This document shows positions 26,487-32,000 of a stretch of 32,000 nt of DNA, one piece after another; within the stretch, counting starts at the first letter, position 1; each line of letters begins with the position of its first letter. The translations under genes and the position numbers were made by a program. This DNA is from Acidimicrobiales bacterium. GTDB taxonomy: Bacteria; Actinomycetota; Acidimicrobiia; Acidimicrobiales; UBA8190. The notes beneath the pieces were generated by a model. The model was not told where the DNA came from, searched no databases, and was given only the letters and a program-made list of their open reading frames with translations. The stretch spans positions 17,508-49,507 of the forward strand of contig DATKIB010000065.1 in assembly GCA_035509915.1 (NCBI GenBank). The letters are read 5' to 3'.

Positions 26487-27563
26487 GTGCCCGCCGGGGC
26501 ATTCTGTGGGAACTGCGGCGCGCACCTCTCGGATGCCGGTGGGCGCGCACGGCTCCACCATTACGCGGCATCTCCTAGCGAGCACGTGCTTCGGATCGCG
26601 GTCATCTCGACCTTCTTCCCGCACCTGCCCAGGAGGCACGCGCATCTCTTTCGGGAGACCTTCACGATCGGCTTGCTGGTGGTGGTGCTGCTGGCCGCTC
26701 TCCGCCTGTACGCGCCCGCCTTGATCGCTGCGGCAGCACTGCTACCGATCCTCTACGTCCTCTACCTCTACGAGGTGGAGGTCTGGGAGACCGATTCGGT
26801 CTCCGTCCTGCCGGCCACCCTGGGCCTGGGCGCGGCACTCGGGGTTGGCTACAGCCTCGGTTTCGGTCAGGTGGTGACGGTGGGTTTGGGCGGTCCGCGT
26901 CAGGGAGCGGCGTTCAGCGGCGTCCTCCTGCCGGTGGTCTCGCAGCTGCTCATGATCGTGGGCCCGCTCCTGCTGCTCGGGCGGGTCCGCTTCGACGAAG
27001 CGCTCGACGGGCTGAGCTTCGGGATCACGTCCGCCTTAGGGTTCACCTTTGCGTCGGTGATCGCGGGGTACTGGCACACCCTCACCGCGCCGCTGTTCGG
27101 ATCAGGAAGCATCTCGACCGAGCAGATCGCAGGCATCGCACGCGCTGCGATCCTGGCCGGAGTGGTAAACGCCGCCACTACGGGGATCGTCACCTCGAGC
27201 CTGTGGCTGCGCCGCCACGGCCGCTCGCGCAAGCGTCACGACCACGTCCTTCTCCGATTGCCCGCCGCCGTCGTGATCGCGTTCGGTTTCCAGATCGCAT
27301 TGGGCATCGTGACGTACTTCGTGACGTCTCTGCTGCTGGTGGTGATCCTCTGGGCGATAGCCGCCGCCGCGTTGCTCGTGTGGGTGCGTATCACCGTTCA
27401 CCACGCACTACTGGAGGAGGGCGCAGAGCACGTGATCGGCGAGGCCTCGGCCTGTCCCGAGTGCCACCTGCTCGTGCCGACCATGTACTTCTGCCCGGCT
27501 TGCGGGGCCGCGCGGTCGGCGGTGCCCAAGCACAGCCGACCGCCGATCGGGGCACGGGCGTGA
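26487..27563 (+). CDS. paralog of 24348-25487: double zinc-ribbon polytopic membrane protein (PrsW-like motifs further degenerated)
   Basis: FCGNCG..., HHYAASPSEHVLRIAVISTFFPH (compare YYAAQPAESVRALALVSTLMPH in the paralog) and C-terminal CPECHLLVPTMYFCPACG. The true start is probably upstream of GTG 26487, because the in-frame CPYCG (26466-26480) completes the ribbon. See findings. Confidence 0.7.
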   Translation: MPAGAFCGNCGAHLSDAGGRARLHHYAASPSEHVLRIAVISTFFPHLPRRHAHLFRETFTIGLLVVVLLAALRLYAPALIAAAALLPILYVLYLYEVEVWETDSVSVLPATLGLGAALGVGYSLGFGQVVTVGLGGPRQGAAFSGVLLPVVSQLLMIVGPLLLLGRVRFDEALDGLSFGITSALGFTFASVIAGYWHTLTAPLFGSGSISTEQIAGIARAAILAGVVNAATTGIVTSSLWLRRHGRSRKRHDHVLLRLPAAVVIAFGFQIALGIVTYFVTSLLLVVILWAIAAAALLVWVRITVHHALLEEGAEHVIGEASACPECHLLVPTMYFCPACGAARSAVPKHSRPPIGARA

Positions 27564-28255
27564 CGTCGCTCTCGTACAGCTATCCGGTGGTCGGCGCAGG
27601 GTCCGTCCCCGGAGCGAGGCAGAAGCTTCCGCACACGCGCTTCCTCGCGATCGCCGGCGTGGGCCTAGGCGTCCTGGTGATAGTCATCACCGCTGTCGTC
27701 GTGCTCGTAAAGCCCGGCGTCCAGTCCTGTCACTTCACCTGCGGTCCCGACGTGGGTCCGAGGCTTGTGAGTCCTACTTCCTTCACTAGCTCCGAGTTCG
27801 GATACAAGGTGGAATACGACAGCGGCTACTTCAAGCAGAGCAACGCGACCAAGTCCGGTGCCGAGTTCGACCTGACGATCGGGGGCGGTGGCATCCTGGT
27901 CTTCAAGGCCGAGTCGGGTAGCGACGTCAACGGTGCCGTCGACAGCCTCGTCAACAGCATCAGCTCCAACGAGATCCAGAACCTCCAGGAGATCGAGCCC
28001 GTACCCGGAGCCGAGATCGGCGAGGTGGAGGGCTCGGGGACAGCGTTCTCGGGCACGTTCGTCCCGCAGGGCGGGGGACAGACCGTTCCCGTCTCGGTGG
28101 TTGCGATGGCAGCTTCTTCGCACGGTCTCACGATCGGCGTCCTCGCGATCGATCCGCAGGACCTGAGCTCGGTCCAGACGCTGCCGCTCGGGTTCGCGGA
28201 CGGTGCGTTCCTCGACGCTCCGATCACCGACACGATCTGGCCTGGACAGAGCTGA
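27560..28255 (+). CDS. single-pass membrane-anchored extracytoplasmic protein (231 aa), positional analog of 25519-26421
   Basis: GTG 27560 overlaps the upstream stop (GTGA). TM FLAIAGVGLGVLVIVITAVVVLV. Its stop overlaps the ATG of the S53 gene (TGATG). The track ORF from 27203 is an over-extension. Confidence 0.65.
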   Translation: MTSLSYSYPVVGAGSVPGARQKLPHTRFLAIAGVGLGVLVIVITAVVVLVKPGVQSCHFTCGPDVGPRLVSPTSFTSSEFGYKVEYDSGYFKQSNATKSGAEFDLTIGGGGILVFKAESGSDVNGAVDSLVNSISSNEIQNLQEIEPVPGAEIGEVEGSGTAFSGTFVPQGGGQTVPVSVVAMAASSHGLTIGVLAIDPQDLSSVQTLPLGFADGAFLDAPITDTIWPGQS

Positions 28256-29955
28256 TGGTGGTCGCACGACGGACCACAACGGTCCTCGCGGTCAGCCTCA
28301 TCGCCGTGCTGTCGTGCTCGGTCCAGGCCCTCGCAGGCACGCCAGCGCGGCGCCCGGCGGCGGGCACCTCGAGTTCGCTCCCGTCCCTCGCTGTCGCTGT
28401 GCACGAGGCGACCGACCTGGGTCCGTTGCCCTCGGGGGTGCGGGTCGGGCTCACGTTCGCCCTGCGCGAACGAGACCCGTCGGGCCTCCAGGCACTCCTG
28501 GATCGCGGGGGGAGGCTGACGCCAGCGCAGTTCGCCTCGACCTACGGGCCCGCCCCCACTCTCGTCGCTTCGGTGCGAGGGGTACTTGCTCGCGAGGGGT
28601 TGTCGTCGCAGTGGGAGCCGGGCGAGACCTTGATGTCGGTCACGGGCTCCGCGGCGGCTGTCGAGCACGCCCTCGCGCTGCAGATCCATCGCTTCGTCCT
28701 CCGCGGCTCGACTCGCTTCTACGCCCCGCTCACCACCCCCGAGCCGCCGAAGGCGCTCTCCAAAGAGGTTGTCGCGGTGACCGGTGCCGACGACTACCCG
28801 AGCCAGCTCACTGCAGCGAGCTCCAGCAAGGACGGGCTCACGCCGAGCCAGATCGCGAGCTTCTACGACCTCACGCCCTTGCGTTCGGCGGGCCTCGACG
28901 GCAGCGGGATGACGGTCATGTTCCCCGAGTTCGCCGTACCCGGCACGTCGGTGCTGTCGGCCTACGCGTCGAAGTTCGGGCTGCCACCCTTCGACGTGAC
29001 CGTGCACACCAACCCGAGCTGGGGACAACCCGCCGCCTCCACCAGTGAGGCGTCGAGCGAGGCCGCCCTCGACCTCGAGATCGTCCACGGCTTGGCGCCC
29101 GGTGCCAAGGAGGTCGTCTACGAGCTCGGGGACGCGACGGATCTGCCGCAGGTAGTGCAGGCCATGGTCGCCGCCAACCGTGGTGCGGTCCTGTCGAGCA
29201 GCGTAGGTGTGAACGCCTGCGAGGCCACCTCCGGCGCCCGCCAGTACTCGCTGGAGATCAGCTCGGCATTCGCGCAGGCAGCGGCGGAGGGCACCTCCAT
29301 CTTCTGGGCGTCCGGTGACCGCGGTGCATTCAGCTGCCTGCCGACCGGAGACGCCTCCACCGAGCAAGAGGTGTCCGTCGGGGTCGAGGCCGACAGCCCC
29401 GACGTCACCGCGGTCGGCGGGACGACGGTCTTCCTCGGCTCCAACGGCGCGTACTTCAAGGAAGCCTCCTGGGGGGAGCCGCTCGAGACCTGGGGCAGCG
29501 GCGGCGGGATCAGCACGATCTTCCAGCAGCCCTCCTGGCAGGTGGCTCCCGGTCTAGCCGCCGGCAGCCTGGGCGGACGGGGGGTGCCGGACGTGGCGGC
29601 CAACGCCGACATCGTCTCGGGTTGGGACACCTTTTCCCCGGGACAGAACGGTACTGAGGAGGGACCCGTGGGCGGGACCTCCGCGGCCACGCCCTGCTGG
29701 GCTGCGATCACGGCGCTCATCGACGAGGACCTCGCACAGCTGGGCCTTGCGGCGGTGGGCTTCGCCAATCCGACGCTCTACTACTTCTCACACGATCCCT
29801 CGGGTCTGCCCGCCGTCCCGTTCCACCAGGTGAGCGAGGGGAGCAACCTCCACTTCCTGGCGACGGCGGGGTGGAGCCCCGCGACGGGCCTTGGCAGCCC
29901 CGACGCGGCGCACCTCGCGGACGACTTCGAATGGTACGACCGCAACACGAGATGA
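28255..29955 (+). CDS. secreted sedolisin/kumamolisin-type serine-carboxyl peptidase (MEROPS S53) with pro-kumamolisin activation domain
   Basis: Signal peptide (VLAVSLIAVLSCSVQALAG) and prodomain pattern. E-x3-D (SEAALDLE), SGDRGA and GGTSAATP catalytic signatures are present. Confidence 0.85.
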   Translation: MVVARRTTTVLAVSLIAVLSCSVQALAGTPARRPAAGTSSSLPSLAVAVHEATDLGPLPSGVRVGLTFALRERDPSGLQALLDRGGRLTPAQFASTYGPAPTLVASVRGVLAREGLSSQWEPGETLMSVTGSAAAVEHALALQIHRFVLRGSTRFYAPLTTPEPPKALSKEVVAVTGADDYPSQLTAASSSKDGLTPSQIASFYDLTPLRSAGLDGSGMTVMFPEFAVPGTSVLSAYASKFGLPPFDVTVHTNPSWGQPAASTSEASSEAALDLEIVHGLAPGAKEVVYELGDATDLPQVVQAMVAANRGAVLSSSVGVNACEATSGARQYSLEISSAFAQAAAEGTSIFWASGDRGAFSCLPTGDASTEQEVSVGVEADSPDVTAVGGTTVFLGSNGAYFKEASWGEPLETWGSGGGISTIFQQPSWQVAPGLAAGSLGGRGVPDVAANADIVSGWDTFSPGQNGTEEGPVGGTSAATPCWAAITALIDEDLAQLGLAAVGFANPTLYYFSHDPSGLPAVPFHQVSEGSNLHFLATAGWSPATGLGSPDAAHLADDFEWYDRNTR

Positions 29956-30026
29956 CCCCCGCCGAGGCGACCCCTGCCTGCTGTGCGTCGATACAGGGCC
30001 ATGCTTGAACGAAGCGCCGATGAATC

Positions 30027-30074
30027 GACCGTTTCGTGAGACAGGGCGCTGACCGTTTCGTGAGACAGAGCGCG
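30027..30074 (+). repeat. tandem direct duplication of a 24-bp unit (gaccgtttcgtgagacagRgcgcK) 17 nt upstream of the second S53 gene; possible operator
   Basis: Copy 1 at 30027-30050 and copy 2 at 30051-30074 differ at 2 of 24 positions. Read directly from the sequence. Confidence 0.6.
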
Positions 30075-30090
30075 GAACCAAGGCGGCGGG

Positions 30091-31875
30091 TTGGCGCCGG
30101 TTAGCCGCGGAAGGCTCGGCGTCGGCTGGCTACTGGTTGGTGCGTTGTTGGTCCTCTCAGGGTGGGTCGTGGCGGGCCAGGAGTGGGCCTCGGCGCGGGG
30201 GACGGCTTCTGGCGGGGCGCGTGGCATGGGCTCGGCCGGCACGACCGGCTCGCTTCCTTCCCTGGCCGTTGCCGAGCGGGAAGCGAGCGACGTCGGCCCC
30301 CTGCGTGGCGGCGCTCAGGTGGGCTTCACCCTCACGTTGCGAGACCGCGCCAGCGCGGGTCTGGCAGTCCTTCTCGGACGGGGCGGCCGAGTCACACGTG
30401 CGGAGTGGGACTCCACGTACGGGCCCGATCCTTCGGCCGTGGGGGCCACGAGGACCCTGCTCGCGGCCGCAGGGTTGTCGTCAACGTGGACGCCCGGAGA
30501 CCCCCTCCTCGGAGTCACGGGTCGCGCGGAATCGGTCGAGAGCTTCCTGCACGTGGAACTAAGACACTTCGTCCTGCACAGCGGGGCCAGTTTCTACGCC
30601 CCACTCAGAGCGCCGGTTGCGCCGTATGCGATCCGGCAGGAGGTGAGCGCTGTGACCGGTCTCGACGACTACCCGGCCCACCTGGCATCGGCCATACCTC
30701 ACAGTGAGTACGGGGTATCGCCGAGCGAGATGACGAGCTTCTACGACTTGTCGCCGCTGCGGGACGCGGGTATCGACGGCGCCGGAGAGACGGTGATGTT
30801 CGTCGAGGCGGCGATGCCTGCCGCGTCGGTGCTCGCGGCCTACGCCTCGAAGTTCCACCTCCCACCCTTCGACGTGAGCGTGGTCAAGGATCCCGCCAGC
30901 TGGGGGAAGCCCGACACCCCGACGACCGGCGGCTACTCGGACGACGCCGGTGAGGCTTCGCTGGACCTCGAGATAGTCCACGGCCTTGCTCCCAGCGCGA
31001 AGGAGGTCGTCTACGAGTTCGGTGACGACTCGAAGTTCCCGGTGATGATCCAGGCGATGATCAGCTCCAACCCCGGTGCGATCCTCTCGAGCAGCTACTC
31101 GATGGCCGATTGCGAGGAGTCCCCCGGCGGGCGCGCCGACGCTCTCGCGCTCGACGCTGTCTTCGAGAAGGGGGCAGCCGAGGGGACCTCGATCTTCTTC
31201 GCCTCGGGGGACAGGGGCGCCTACGCGTGCCTGCCTGACGGTGAGCCGTCCACCGAAGGGATGCTCTCGGTCGACCCTGACGTGGACAGCCCCTACATCA
31301 CCGGAGCCGGTGGGACGACGGCGTTTCTCGCGTCGAACGGCGCCTACTTCAAAGAAGCCTCCTGGGGGGAGCCGCTCGAGACTTGGGGCAGCGGAGGCGG
31401 GATCAGCACGATCTTCCAGCAGCCCTCCTACCAGCGGGCGCCCGGACTGGGTCAGGGGAGCCTGGCCGGGCGCGGGGTGCCGGACGTCGCCTGCGACGCC
31501 GACTCCACGGTGAGCGGATGGGACGTGTTCGAGCCGCCGGACAAGAGCCAAGGCGAGAACGGGCCCCAGGAATTCCCCGACGGTGGGACCTCTGCGGCGG
31601 CGCCCTGTTGGGCGGCCGTCACTGCTCTCGTCGACGAGGACCTCGCTGGCCTGGGCCTGCGATCGGTCGGCTTCGCCAACCCCGCGCTCTACTACTTCTC
31701 GCGCGACCCCACAGGGCTGCCCGCGACGGCGTTCCACCAAGTGACCCAGGGAAGCAACCTCCACTACCTGGCGACCCCGGGATGGAACGCGGCGACAGGG
31801 CTCGGTACACCTGATGCAGCGCATCTCGCCGACGACTTCGAGTGGTATGACCGCGAGCAGCCCGCAGGGGACTGA
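30091..31875 (+). CDS. second secreted sedolisin (S53) propeptidase, tandem paralog
   Basis: TTG start (the only start codon in the frame upstream of the signal-like segment GWLLVGALLVLSGWVVAG). GEASLDLE, SGDRGA and GGTSAAAP. Collinear with 28255-29955. Confidence 0.85.
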   Translation: MAPVSRGRLGVGWLLVGALLVLSGWVVAGQEWASARGTASGGARGMGSAGTTGSLPSLAVAEREASDVGPLRGGAQVGFTLTLRDRASAGLAVLLGRGGRVTRAEWDSTYGPDPSAVGATRTLLAAAGLSSTWTPGDPLLGVTGRAESVESFLHVELRHFVLHSGASFYAPLRAPVAPYAIRQEVSAVTGLDDYPAHLASAIPHSEYGVSPSEMTSFYDLSPLRDAGIDGAGETVMFVEAAMPAASVLAAYASKFHLPPFDVSVVKDPASWGKPDTPTTGGYSDDAGEASLDLEIVHGLAPSAKEVVYEFGDDSKFPVMIQAMISSNPGAILSSSYSMADCEESPGGRADALALDAVFEKGAAEGTSIFFASGDRGAYACLPDGEPSTEGMLSVDPDVDSPYITGAGGTTAFLASNGAYFKEASWGEPLETWGSGGGISTIFQQPSYQRAPGLGQGSLAGRGVPDVACDADSTVSGWDVFEPPDKSQGENGPQEFPDGGTSAAAPCWAAVTALVDEDLAGLGLRSVGFANPALYYFSRDPTGLPATAFHQVTQGSNLHYLATPGWNAATGLGTPDAAHLADDFEWYDREQPAGD

Positions 31876-31878
31876 ACC

Positions 31879-32000
31879 CATGCGTCGCGTCAAGACCGGC
31901 GCCTGCAGGACGGCCCCGCTCCTCCTGCTCGCCCTCGCGCTAGTGGGGTGGGTGACCCTTGCGCACGGGCCGGCCGGCTCTCCGGCCACGCGCTCCGTTC
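31879..32000 (+). CDS. 5' end of a further secreted protein (signal-peptide-like MRRVKTGACRTAPLLLLALALVGWVTLAHG); continues beyond the window
   Basis: ATG lies 3 nt after the S53 stop. The ORF is open to the window end with high GC3. Only 40 codons are visible. Confidence 0.4.

Noticed and set aside
27826-29367. 513-aa minus-strand ORF, and the 476-aa minus-strand ORF at 30559-31989, antisense to the S53 genes
   Set aside because: They lie opposite genes with complete sedolisin catalytic motifs. Both are low-complexity Arg/Gly-rich translations.

Overview
High-GC Actinomycetota-type chromosomal segment (G+C judged by eye, not computed). I recognised no rRNA, tRNA, CRISPR array, transposase or integrase.

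- **1-8.7 kb, housekeeping block on the + strand:** lysS (3' part), a convergent polyprenyl diphosphate synthase, clpC, disA, carD, ispD, ispF and a TrmH/SpoU-type rRNA methyltransferase (rlmB-like). The methyltransferase has an unusual Arg/Gly/Pro-rich N-terminus encoded by tandem repeats.
- **8.8-13.9 kb, - strand:** a branched-chain amino acid type ABC importer operon (livG-livF-livH-livM-substrate-binding protein).
- **14-32 kb, accessory-looking region:**
  - An FHA-PrsW-like intramembrane protease fusion.
  - A co-directional three-gene cluster: SIR2_2-family protein, then a 1180-aa STAND P-loop NTPase with a central TM helix and about 14 WD40-like blades, then a K-channel-like/RCK(TrkA-N)/RyR-domain membrane protein. 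The last two genes overlap by 17 nt. This is my best candidate for an uncharacterised conflict or defence-type system.
  - A fatty-acid hydroxylase family membrane enzyme.
  - A small - strand operon of proteins carrying a repeated [SD]xDGxWxW[DN]GxxW motif.
  - Divergent from that operon, a + strand cluster with a duplicated module: double zinc-ribbon polytopic membrane protein (distantly PrsW-like), then a single-pass anchored extracytoplasmic protein. It ends in two tandem sedolisin (S53) propeptidase paralogs and the start of another secreted protein.

Many long antisense or out-of-frame ORFs in the track are high-GC artefacts and were rejected.
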